A stretch of DNA of 32,142 bases from Clostridia bacterium (GTDB lineage: Bacteria; CBDUZB01; JAGLHV01): the NCBI GenBank assembly GCA_030637025.1, contig DAOVVV010000028.1:1-32142 (forward strand). Direction: 5' to 3'. The position numbers and the translations under genes were made by a program. Shown one piece after another: positions 17,737 through 26,510 of the stretch. The notes below the pieces were generated by a model. It made no database searches. It was not told the DNA's origin and saw only the letters and a program-made list of their open reading frames with translations. The first letter of the stretch is position 1, and the number at the start of each line of letters is the position of its first letter.

Positions 17737-19197
17737 GTGGTTAGAGAGAATCTAAATAGATATTCGGAGAAACTCAGGAAAGTTAGTAAGATTTTTCGTT
17801 ATACCCAGCCAAATTTACAGGAAATTCTTAAGCAGGTTTTAGAAATTGGTTATTCCGCTTTAAAATTTGATTGGATGGAGATAGTATTATGGGATACGGA
17901 AAGAAAGGTTTTAGAAGTGAAAGTAGTTGCTGGAAAAAATGGAATTATGGAGGGGGAAGAAGAGATTTTTTTCTTGGAAGATACTGACCCGAGAGTGGTT
18001 GTAGGATTGGGTAAAAAAGAATATATTGTAAAAAATAAAAAAGGAGCGGAAGGATTTTTTTCTATAAAAAGTGGTAATAAAATTTTAGGGGTTTTAGGAG
18101 TAAATAATCGATTAAGCGGGAGAAAAATAAAACAGTGGCAGATTTTGCTGCTTAAAGAATATGCTGAGGAAGTTGGTGCGGGAATTTGGAATTTAGAATT
18201 ATTTTTGGAAGGACAAAGACAAGCGGATAAATTTAAAGCTATTTCTAAAGTAGGAATGGCTTTAGTAAGCCAGTTAAAATTAGAAAACAGGATAAAGATA
18301 ATTTTACGTAGTATTATTAAGAATTTGAGTATTGACAGGGTTAAATTATATTTGGTGAATGAAGAAAAAAAAGTTTTGCAGGGAACAATGTCTTTTAATC
18401 TCAGAGGAAAATTTCATGTTTTAAAGGAAGTATATTCCTTAAAAAAGAAAACGCATCCGGAAGTTTTTATGTTAATGAAAAAAGAAGCCCAGGAAGTAGG
18501 TTCCTTTGGATTAGTTTTTTCTGTTCCCCTGAAAGCAGAAAAAAAAACAGTAGGGTTTTTGGTTGCTGATAATGTTTTTAGCCGGGAACGAATAAAAAAA
18601 GAAGATATTGAGTATTTGAAACTTTTTGCTCATCAGGCAAGTGTTTCTATAGAAAATGCCCGTCTTTTTAGTGATGTTGAAAGGCTTTCCCTCACCGACG
18701 GATTAACCGGTTTATATACTAACAGGTATTTTAGAACGCGTCTGGGAGAAGAGATTATCCGGACAACAAGGCTAAAAACAAAACTTGCTTTAGCCATTAT
18801 CGATATTGATTATTTCAAAAGATATAATGATTCTTTCGGCCATATGATTGGAGACCGTGTACTTATTCGTTTGTCTAAAATGATTATGGAAAATATTCGT
18901 CAGGTAGATTTTGCTGCCCGCTATGGAGGAGATGAATTTGTTGTTTTTTTTCCCAGCACTTCTTTAGAAGGTGTGCAAATTGTTACTTTACGGCTACTGG
19001 AAGCAATTAGAAAAAATTATTTGTCCATTTCAGGGGAGAAGGTGCGTATTAGTGTAAGTATGGGATTAGCTATTTATCCTACGAATGCACGAAACAAAGA
19101 AGCTTTATTTAGAAAAGCAGATAGGGCTCTTTATCGGGCAAAACTGAAGGGAAGAGACCAGGCCTGTTTTTATTCCGAGTCATTAGATAAAAATTAA
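17737..19197 (+). CDS. Soluble GAF-GAF diguanylate cyclase
   Basis: Two GAF-like regions, TDGLTGLY, DIDYFKRYNDSFGH, intact GGDEF with RxxD I-site (RQVD-FAARY-GGDEF). No TM helix. Confidence 0.92.
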   Translation: MVRENLNRYSEKLRKVSKIFRYTQPNLQEILKQVLEIGYSALKFDWMEIVLWDTERKVLEVKVVAGKNGIMEGEEEIFFLEDTDPRVVVGLGKKEYIVKNKKGAEGFFSIKSGNKILGVLGVNNRLSGRKIKQWQILLLKEYAEEVGAGIWNLELFLEGQRQADKFKAISKVGMALVSQLKLENRIKIILRSIIKNLSIDRVKLYLVNEEKKVLQGTMSFNLRGKFHVLKEVYSLKKKTHPEVFMLMKKEAQEVGSFGLVFSVPLKAEKKTVGFLVADNVFSRERIKKEDIEYLKLFAHQASVSIENARLFSDVERLSLTDGLTGLYTNRYFRTRLGEEIIRTTRLKTKLALAIIDIDYFKRYNDSFGHMIGDRVLIRLSKMIMENIRQVDFAARYGGDEFVVFFPSTSLEGVQIVTLRLLEAIRKNYLSISGEKVRISVSMGLAIYPTNARNKEALFRKADRALYRAKLKGRDQACFYSESLDKN

Positions 19198-19245
19198 TTT
19201 TTTTCAAAATGTCTTTTTAAGGGAAGATTTTTATGTTTATTTTTA

Positions 19246-19275
19246 TTGACAAAATTACATTCTTTTTGTTATACT
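19246..19275 (+). promoter_or_regulatory. sigma70 promoter upstream of GH94
   Basis: TTGACA (19246-19251), 18-nt spacer, extended -10 TGT-TATACT (TATACT at 19270-19275). Confidence 0.7.
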
Positions 19276-19386
19276 TTTAATTCTTATAATAAATTTAAGA
19301 TAATTTAAAAGTGAGTTTATTATTTGTTTTTAAGCTGATTGTAGTTATTTAGGATTAAAAAATTACAAAGAAAAGGAGAGAAAAAA

Positions 19387-21738
19387 ATGAAGTATAGTGA
19401 GTTTAGTAAGGACAACAAAGAAGTTGTCATTTTGAGACCGGATCTTCCCCGGCCGTGGATTAATTATCTTTATAATGAGGAATACTGTGCCATTATTTCT
19501 CATACAGGAGGGGGATATAGTTTTGAGCATGATTGTAAAACTAAAAGAATTACTACATGGAATCCGGATAATCTTTTTACCGATAGGCCGGGTCGATATG
19601 TATTTTTAAGAGATAGGGATAGCAAAGAATATTGGTCAATTAACTGGCAGCCGATTTGTCCGGAAAAACATAATTTTCAATGCCGGCATGGATTGGGATA
19701 TACAGTTATTAGTTCAGAAACTAACAAAATAAAGGGAGAAATAACTTATTTTGTTCCCCGTAAAGAGCCGATGGAAATTTGGAAGATAAAAATAAGCAAC
19801 AAGGATAATAAAAAAAGAAATTTAAGTATGTTTTCCATAACGGAATTAATTTTAGGTGATTTTCAAACAGAATTGCTTTATAAAAATATTTTTGCTATGT
19901 ATAACAAGTCTTGGTTTGATAAAAAATTACAGGCAATTGTTTCAATGAAAAATACCTGGGGATGGGGTGGTGTGTATCCTCATCAGGCTTATGTAGGAGC
20001 AAATTTTAAGATACATGGCTGGGAAACACGCAGGGAAAATTTTTATGGCCGGTATTTAATTCCTTCCCGTCCGGAAGCAGTACTAAAAGGGAAATGTTCT
20101 AACACGGATAATCACGGAGAAAATATGGTTTCTGCCCTACAGCATAATTTTACACTTAAACCAAATGAGGAGAGAGAATTTGTAGTTATGTTAGTCCATG
20201 CAAAATCCCAACAGGAAGGGAATAAATTACTGAAAAAATACCGAAATTTAGAAATAGTAGAAAAATCACTTAAAGAAGTACAGAATTTCTGGCAAAAATT
20301 GGTAGATAAAGTAGAAGTCGTTACTCCGGATAAGAATTTTGACCGTATGGTAAATGTTTGGAGTAAATACCAACTTTATACTGCTAATACCTGGAGTAGG
20401 TCTCCTTCTTATTATCATGAAGGAACAGGGGGGAAAGGTTATCGGGATTCCTGTCAGGATGCAGAAGGAATATTATCTTTAAATTCAGAATATGTAAAGA
20501 ATAAATTGAGAGCGATTGCTATTTTACATTTTAAAGACGGACATACAGCTTCCGGATGGTCGGATCATTATGGTCCTTTTACTGATAGTCCAAGGGCAGA
20601 TCATCCTGCATGGTTTACTTATACCTTATCGGCCTATATTAAGGAAACCGGAGATATAGAATTTTTAAACGAGAAAGCAAAATGGCTTGATGGCGGTCAA
20701 GGAACAATGTTTGAGCATATTTTAGCCAATATTAATTATCTCTGGACTCATCGTGGAAAGCACGGTTCTCCTTTAATTGGGATTGCTGATTGGAATGATG
20801 CTATTGATAGTGCCGGAGATGAAGGAAAGGGAGAGAGTGTTTGGTTAGGGATTGCTTTTCATAGAACTCTTCTTTATGGAGCAGAACTGGCTGGAGTTCT
20901 GGGCAAAAAAGATATACAAGCAGACCTTTTAAGTAAGGCTAAAGAAATGAAAAAAATTCTTAATAGCTCTGCCGGTTGGGATGGACGCTGGTTTTTAGGC
21001 GGATATACTGATGAAGGGAAGCCTTTTGGGTCATCTAAAAACAAAGAAGGTTCAATTCATATGAATTCTCAAACATGGGCAGTATTAGCCGAGGTGTGTA
21101 ATGATAAAAGGCAAAAACAGGTGATGTCAATGGTAGATAAATATTGTGATACTGTTCATGGCCCTGCTTTGCTTAGGCCGGCTTATAAGCAGACAGATTT
21201 ATCTATTGGAAGAATTACTAAGTTTGTTCCGGGAGTAAAAGAAAACGGAGCAATTTTTTGTCACGCAGTGGCGTTTAAGATCGTTGCTGATTGTATGGCC
21301 GGAAGAGGAAATGAAGCGTTTGACTCTTACCAGAAAATAAATCCTGCTTGTCAGAAAAACGGATATAAGGTAGAACCTTATGTTTTTGCGGAATACCTGA
21401 TAGGTCCGGATCATCCGTATAATTTTGGAGAAGGAGCGTATACCTGGATTACAGGGACGGCTGCCTGGATGTATTTAGCCGCTACAGAATGGATTTTAGG
21501 TGCTCGTCGGGATTTTGAAGGTTTACGCATAGATCCTTGTATTCCCTCTAAATGGAATAAATGTTTCATTAAAAGAACATTTAGAGACGATACCTATGAG
21601 ATATCCATTAAAAACCCAAAACATGTAAGTAAAGGAGTCCAATCAATTACAGTGGATGGAACTCCGATTAAAGGTAATTTAGTTAAATATTTTGGTGATG
21701 GAAAAGTGCATCAAGTAAAGGTAATAATGGGAAAATAA
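19387..21738 (+). CDS. GH94 glycoside phosphorylase (cellobiose/chitobiose phosphorylase-sized)
   Basis: PRPWINYL, CRHGLGYTVI, GYRDSCQD, catalytic DWND, GESVW, KENGAIFCH, EPYVFAE, TGTAAW. Confidence 0.93.
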   Translation: MKYSEFSKDNKEVVILRPDLPRPWINYLYNEEYCAIISHTGGGYSFEHDCKTKRITTWNPDNLFTDRPGRYVFLRDRDSKEYWSINWQPICPEKHNFQCRHGLGYTVISSETNKIKGEITYFVPRKEPMEIWKIKISNKDNKKRNLSMFSITELILGDFQTELLYKNIFAMYNKSWFDKKLQAIVSMKNTWGWGGVYPHQAYVGANFKIHGWETRRENFYGRYLIPSRPEAVLKGKCSNTDNHGENMVSALQHNFTLKPNEEREFVVMLVHAKSQQEGNKLLKKYRNLEIVEKSLKEVQNFWQKLVDKVEVVTPDKNFDRMVNVWSKYQLYTANTWSRSPSYYHEGTGGKGYRDSCQDAEGILSLNSEYVKNKLRAIAILHFKDGHTASGWSDHYGPFTDSPRADHPAWFTYTLSAYIKETGDIEFLNEKAKWLDGGQGTMFEHILANINYLWTHRGKHGSPLIGIADWNDAIDSAGDEGKGESVWLGIAFHRTLLYGAELAGVLGKKDIQADLLSKAKEMKKILNSSAGWDGRWFLGGYTDEGKPFGSSKNKEGSIHMNSQTWAVLAEVCNDKRQKQVMSMVDKYCDTVHGPALLRPAYKQTDLSIGRITKFVPGVKENGAIFCHAVAFKIVADCMAGRGNEAFDSYQKINPACQKNGYKVEPYVFAEYLIGPDHPYNFGEGAYTWITGTAAWMYLAATEWILGARRDFEGLRIDPCIPSKWNKCFIKRTFRDDTYEISIKNPKHVSKGVQSITVDGTPIKGNLVKYFGDGKVHQVKVIMGK

Positions 21739-21830
21739 CTAAATTAAACTACTAAAGAATAGATGATGGTTAGTTTTAAAAATACAAAGTTATGCAAATT
21801 ACAATACTAATTTTCTTTTTAATCAACCTT

Positions 21831-21863
21831 TTATTCCGAGGATAAGAATTTCCTACGGAGTAA
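21831..21863. repeat. Small REP-like hairpin
   Basis: TTATTCCGAGGA pairs with TCCTACGGAGTAA with one bulge. TACGGAGTAA recurs at 11283-11292. Confidence 0.4.
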
Positions 21864-21993
21864 GAATGATTAAATTTAAGTGGTTTTTAAGAGAAGAATT
21901 TGTTAAAGGGAATCAAAGAGTGTTTAAAAAGCAAAGAAAATAAAAAAAACAAATTCTTACAAATTATAGAAGGTAATAGAAAAGGAGAAGAAA

Positions 21994-23328
21994 ATGAGAA
22001 AAAAAACTCTGTTATTGTTGGTGGTAAGTTGCATAACTTTTTTTTGTACATTGGAAAATGTTTGGGCCAGACAGGTTAAAATTAGCGGTTCTCGTGGCAA
22101 CTGGCATCTTTTTGTGGAGGGGAAGCCGTTTTATATTAAAGGGGCTGGTTTTGGGAAAACTGTTCATGCTGGTAATATCGATTATTATTTTAGCGAAATG
22201 AAAAAAATAGGATTAAATTCTTTTCGTACCTGGGGTATAGGACATGACACCCCTTTAATGCTGGAAAAAGCGGAAAAATACGGCTTGATGGTAGATGTCG
22301 GTATCTGGCTTTTACAAAATAAAAAGGGAGAAAAGAAATCAGTTGATTATATTAATGGGGAAAAATATAAAACAGAAACTCTTAAAGAAATAGGAGAACA
22401 TGTAAAAAAGTTTAAAGATTACCCGGCAGTGTTAATGTGGAATGTGGGTAATGAAGTAGTATTGGATTTGGAGACAGAAGAGGAAAAAATAGCTTTTGCT
22501 AAATATGTGGAAGAAATTTGTAAACTGATTCATAAAATAGACCCCAATCATCCGGTCACCTCTAGCAGTGCATGGTCTCTTGCCTGGCCATATTTTAAAA
22601 AATATACTCCCAGTCTGGATATTTATGGAGTTAATGTTTATGGTGGATTGGTAGTGATTAAAGAGGAATGGGAAAAAATAGGTGTCGATAAACCTTATTT
22701 AATAACTGAATATGGTCCGCATGGAGAATGGGAAGTTTCTGTTGATGGAAATGAACAGGCAATAATTCCTTCCGAAGAAGTTAAAGCTAATGCCTATTTT
22801 AATGGGTGGAAAAATTATATTGAAAAAAATAAAGGACTGAATATTGGAGGCTATGCTTTTATTTTTGAAGGAAATGAGGATTTTGGTGGAGCCTGGTTTA
22901 ATATCTTTATGTTAGGCCGGAAAAGAGCTGCTTATTGGAAAATATATGAAATGTTTACCGGAAAACAAGTAAAAAATAGTTCTCCCCGGATTAGCCAATT
23001 TAAATTGAGTAAAATTACCGGTATTTATCCGGAAGAAAAAATAAGTGTTTCTGTGGAAGCAAAGGATCTGGATAAAGACAGGTTAAATTATGTTTTTAAA
23101 ATATGTGGCAGAAAGGTTTGGGATGAAGGTATCTATCCGGTTAGGTTTGAAAAAAAGAAAAAGAAAGAGTTTGTAATTACTGCTCCTTGTACTCCGGGAG
23201 TATATTTTTTATATGTTTATGTCTCTGATGGGCAGGGAAATATCGCTGTAGAAGGAAAATCAATTAAGGTAATAGAGAAAAAAGCAATAGAGAAAAAAGT
23301 AATAGAGAAAAAGGAGAAAGGTAAATAA
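21994..23328 (+). CDS. Secreted clan GH-A hydrolase (GH2 TIM-barrel/GH158-like, possible endo-beta-1,3-glucanase) with C-terminal Ig-like domain
   Basis: Signal peptide (VWA|RQ). GKPFYIKGAG, NSFRTWG, acid/base MWNVGNE, DPNHPV, nucleophile YLITEYGP. The GH158 call is from recall. Confidence 0.7.
   Translation: MRKKTLLLLVVSCITFFCTLENVWARQVKISGSRGNWHLFVEGKPFYIKGAGFGKTVHAGNIDYYFSEMKKIGLNSFRTWGIGHDTPLMLEKAEKYGLMVDVGIWLLQNKKGEKKSVDYINGEKYKTETLKEIGEHVKKFKDYPAVLMWNVGNEVVLDLETEEEKIAFAKYVEEICKLIHKIDPNHPVTSSSAWSLAWPYFKKYTPSLDIYGVNVYGGLVVIKEEWEKIGVDKPYLITEYGPHGEWEVSVDGNEQAIIPSEEVKANAYFNGWKNYIEKNKGLNIGGYAFIFEGNEDFGGAWFNIFMLGRKRAAYWKIYEMFTGKQVKNSSPRISQFKLSKITGIYPEEKISVSVEAKDLDKDRLNYVFKICGRKVWDEGIYPVRFEKKKKKEFVITAPCTPGVYFLYVYVSDGQGNIAVEGKSIKVIEKKAIEKKVIEKKEKGK
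23269..23313 (+). repeat. 15-bp coding tandem repeat x3
   Basis: G(T/C)AATAGAGAAAAA(A/G) x3, encoding VIEKK AIEKK VIEKK. Confidence 0.85.
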
Positions 23329-26129
23329 TGGAGAGAAAAAAAATAATTGATTTTGATGCACAAAGTTTTATTATTAAAGGTAAAAGAGTAATTCTTTTTG
23401 GAGGTGAAGTTCATTATTTTCGGGTACCGCATGAATTATGGGATGAGCGGTTAAAAAAGATGAAACAGGCAGGATTAAATTTTATTTCAGCCTATATTCC
23501 CTGGAATTGGCATGAACAGGAAGAAGGAGTTTATACTTGGGAAGGTGATCACGATTTAAGGAAATTTCTGGATATTTGTAAGAAGTATAATTTTTATGTT
23601 GCCCTAAAGCCGGGCCCTTATATTTGCGCCGAATGGGACAACGGAGGATTTCCTCATTGGATACTACCTAAAAATTTAAATTTAAGATTTTTAGATGATG
23701 AGTATCTTTCTTATGTAGAAAAATGGTATAAAGAGGTAGGGAGAGTGATTAAGCCCTATTTAATTACCAATTCCGGGGGGCCGGTAATTCTTTTTCAGAT
23801 AGAAAACGAGTACGATCATTTAATTGAACAGCAAAGAGATGTCGTTATTACCAAAGAAGATGCCAAAAAGTACCTAATGTCTCTTTTAAAATATACAAGA
23901 AGGGCTGGAATAGATGTTCCTGCTTTTACTAACGAAGCTTGTTTTATTCACGGGACAGAAATTATTGAAACCAGAACTTTTTATCCTAATATTCCCTGGC
24001 TGTGGATGTGGGAATTTGATGATTTTGATAAAAAAATCAAACAGGCAAAAAAAGGACAGCCGGATAAACCTGTTTGTATTTTTGAACTTCAGGGAGGATG
24101 GTTTGCTCAATTCGGACAGCCTATATATAATGTGCCTTCTTCTTTGACTAATGCCATTGTGCGTAATGTTTTGGCACGCAATGCCTGTTTGCTTAATGTA
24201 TTTATGTTTGTTGGTGGAACAACTTTTCCTTATTGGGGTTGCCGCGGAGATGCCAGGGGCAGTGGAAGTATGGAGGCTATCGGTTCTGTAACCAGTTATG
24301 ATTTCGGTTGTTCGCCTATTCGGGAATGGGGTCAATTAAGTGAAAAATATTATGATTTAAAATCAACCTCAATGTTTTTAAAAGCGTTTCCTAAGCTTTT
24401 TGTAGAAACGGACGAGGTTCTTGACGGAGCAAAAATTGTTCAGGGGGTAGAGGGAACACATGTAATTAAGGAAAATGAAGTATTTTCCGGTGGAGAATTT
24501 GCTGAAGTTTATGAAAAAGTAATGGTATTGGAAAAAGCAAATAAATCTTCCGGTTTGTTGTTAGTCAGAAATACGGAAACTTCCGATAAAAACTTAGTGA
24601 TTAGATACAAGGTTCCGGGGATTCAAAAGGAAAGGTTGTTACCCCAGGAAGGAAAATTGTTTATTCCGAAGGAAACAGCTTATTTGCTGCCCATAGAAGT
24701 AAAAATTCCTAAGACTAATTTAGTTGTCCAGCATTCGACTTCGGAGATTTTAACTTCTAAGCAAATAGGTAAAAATCAGATATTATTTTTATATGGGACG
24801 AAGGGAAGAAAAGGGGAACTGATTATTCGGGGAGTAAAACGCACTCCAAAAACAATAAAGGGTAAAATTAAACATAAGTTACAAGATCAAGTTCTTCATC
24901 TATCCTATGTTCACAATGATATTCAAATGGTAGCATTAGAAGGAGCAATAATAGTAATTCTTGATTTTGAGAAATCCAGAAATACCTGGCCGGGACAAAA
25001 AGAAAGTATTTTAATTTCTCAGGCCTATTGCCTTGTTGATAGCGGCCAGTCCAAAAAAGATTTAAATTTGCGTTTGCAGGTTTTAAACGGTACGGCAAAT
25101 AATAATTTAATATTTTTACCATCAAAACCGAATAAAATATTGGTAGAAGGAAAATCCGTTTCTTTTAAATGGGATAAAACTTTTTCCTGTATTTCTTTTG
25201 TAATAAAAACAAAAAAAGAAAAACCGGTAAAAATCGAAAAAGATGAGTTTTGTTATGTTTTACCGGATAACAAAGAAAAAGAATTTGATTATAACGACAG
25301 CAATTGGAAATTGTTACCTGAGCCTGTAGCTCTGGAAGATATTAGTATGGCAGACCATGGATTTGTTTGGTATAGAACAGAATTTTCAATTTCAGAAGAA
25401 ATAGAAAAGGCAATAATTGTTTTTGATACCGGAGGTGTTGACCGGGCTTATGTATATTTAAACGGAGAATTTTTATGGAAAGGCATTGGAGAAGCAAAAA
25501 TTGAGGTCCCGGGAAAATTTAAACAAGGGGGAAATATTTTGGCGATTAGATATGAAAATGCCTACCATACCAAAGGGCATCCTGCGGAAGGGCCTATCCA
25601 TAAAAAAAGCGGCATTAAAAAACCTGTATTAATTTGTGGCATAGTAGATAATGAAGAATGGAAAAAAGAGATAAAAAGTTTTCGTGTGCGTTTAGGATTG
25701 GGAGGGGTGCTTCACGGATACTCCAAAAATGAATTTGATGATAGTAAATGGGTTCAGGTTCCACGGGGAGAAAAATATATTTGTCATAAGGATATGGGAG
25801 ATATTGTCTGGTTTAGGCAGAGGTTTAAATTTAAAAAAGAAAAAGGATGGGCAGCACCTTTAGGTTTGTGTATTTCCGAAGCAGCAGAAAGAATGATTAT
25901 TTATCTTAATGGGAAATTATTAGGTAAATATGAAAGTATCGGGCCGCAACATAAATTTTATATACCGGAACCAATGTTAAAAGAGGATAATCTTTTCAGT
26001 TTTATTTTAGAAGGTCCGGGATTTAACCAGTTTAAGCCCAGTGAATTTAAACCGCCTTATTTTAAAGAACCAACAATAGAGACTTTTTTTGAAGCCAGGG
26101 AAATAGAAGTTAAAATCTGTATAAGCTAA
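23328..26129 (+). CDS. GH35 beta-galactosidase-like enzyme with C-terminal galactose-binding-like domains
   Basis: GGEVHYFR, KPGPYICAEWDNGGFP, QIENEY, FELQGGWF, MFVGGTTF, TSYDF. Coupled to the upstream gene by TAATG. Confidence 0.88.
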   Translation: MERKKIIDFDAQSFIIKGKRVILFGGEVHYFRVPHELWDERLKKMKQAGLNFISAYIPWNWHEQEEGVYTWEGDHDLRKFLDICKKYNFYVALKPGPYICAEWDNGGFPHWILPKNLNLRFLDDEYLSYVEKWYKEVGRVIKPYLITNSGGPVILFQIENEYDHLIEQQRDVVITKEDAKKYLMSLLKYTRRAGIDVPAFTNEACFIHGTEIIETRTFYPNIPWLWMWEFDDFDKKIKQAKKGQPDKPVCIFELQGGWFAQFGQPIYNVPSSLTNAIVRNVLARNACLLNVFMFVGGTTFPYWGCRGDARGSGSMEAIGSVTSYDFGCSPIREWGQLSEKYYDLKSTSMFLKAFPKLFVETDEVLDGAKIVQGVEGTHVIKENEVFSGGEFAEVYEKVMVLEKANKSSGLLLVRNTETSDKNLVIRYKVPGIQKERLLPQEGKLFIPKETAYLLPIEVKIPKTNLVVQHSTSEILTSKQIGKNQILFLYGTKGRKGELIIRGVKRTPKTIKGKIKHKLQDQVLHLSYVHNDIQMVALEGAIIVILDFEKSRNTWPGQKESILISQAYCLVDSGQSKKDLNLRLQVLNGTANNNLIFLPSKPNKILVEGKSVSFKWDKTFSCISFVIKTKKEKPVKIEKDEFCYVLPDNKEKEFDYNDSNWKLLPEPVALEDISMADHGFVWYRTEFSISEEIEKAIIVFDTGGVDRAYVYLNGEFLWKGIGEAKIEVPGKFKQGGNILAIRYENAYHTKGHPAEGPIHKKSGIKKPVLICGIVDNEEWKKEIKSFRVRLGLGGVLHGYSKNEFDDSKWVQVPRGEKYICHKDMGDIVWFRQRFKFKKEKGWAAPLGLCISEAAERMIIYLNGKLLGKYESIGPQHKFYIPEPMLKEDNLFSFILEGPGFNQFKPSEFKPPYFKEPTIETFFEAREIEVKICIS

Positions 26130-26164
26130 AAAAATTATCGTATTTGTTGCTATTATTTAATAAC

Positions 26165-26209
26165 AGAAAAACCTGAAAAATCGTTTTTTGCGATAATTCA
26201 GGTTTTTCT
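26165..26209. terminator. Bidirectional intrinsic terminator-like hairpin ending the glycan locus
   Basis: Perfect 13-bp stem AGAAAAACCTGAA / TTCAGGTTTTTCT plus inner ATCG/CGAT. Confidence 0.75.
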
Positions 26210-26232
26210 ATATTATAATTTATTTTAATAAG

Positions 26233-26488
26233 TAAGGTGGTTTAATAAAGCCGAAATATGTTTTTCTCTGGACGCGTAATTTTACCCTGCGGGCACGCAA
26301 AAACAAGCTAAAAATGAGCAACTCGTTTCACTCAGACAAGCGCATTTTTTTAACGCTAATTTTTGCTAAAATTCGCTATATCGTTCAAAACACATTTTGT
26401 CTTTATTTTTTCTTTAAGGTTGTTTAATAAAGCCGAAATATGTTTTTCTCTAAATGCGTAATTTTACCCTATGGGAACGCAAAAACAA
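26233..26488. repeat. A-B-A palindromic element, copy 2 (intact)
   Basis: A at 26233-26306, core AACTCGTTTCACTCAGACA, B at about 26355-26411 (imperfect reverse complement of A), A at 26415-26488. Confidence 0.88.
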
Positions 26489-26510
26489 ATAAAAAGGAAG
26501 TGATAAAATA

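Noticed and set aside
21866-21958. 25-aa ORF MIKFKWFLREEF... and an 11-bp inverted repeat AAGAATTTGTT/AACAAATTCTT
   Set aside because: The apparent RBS is part of a REP-like hairpin and there is no independent support.
26233-26488. CRISPR array from the repeated ~74-bp A units
   Set aside because: Only two units per locus, too long for CRISPR repeats, the intervening sequence is shared between loci and complementary to A, and there are no cas genes.
26461-26490. c-di-GMP-I riboswitch (GGGAACGCAAA resembles its GACGCAAA core)
   Set aside because: No upstream GGCAAA strand with a GNRA-capped stem and no downstream receptor stem. The match is explained by the repeat element. An Infernal search would settle it.
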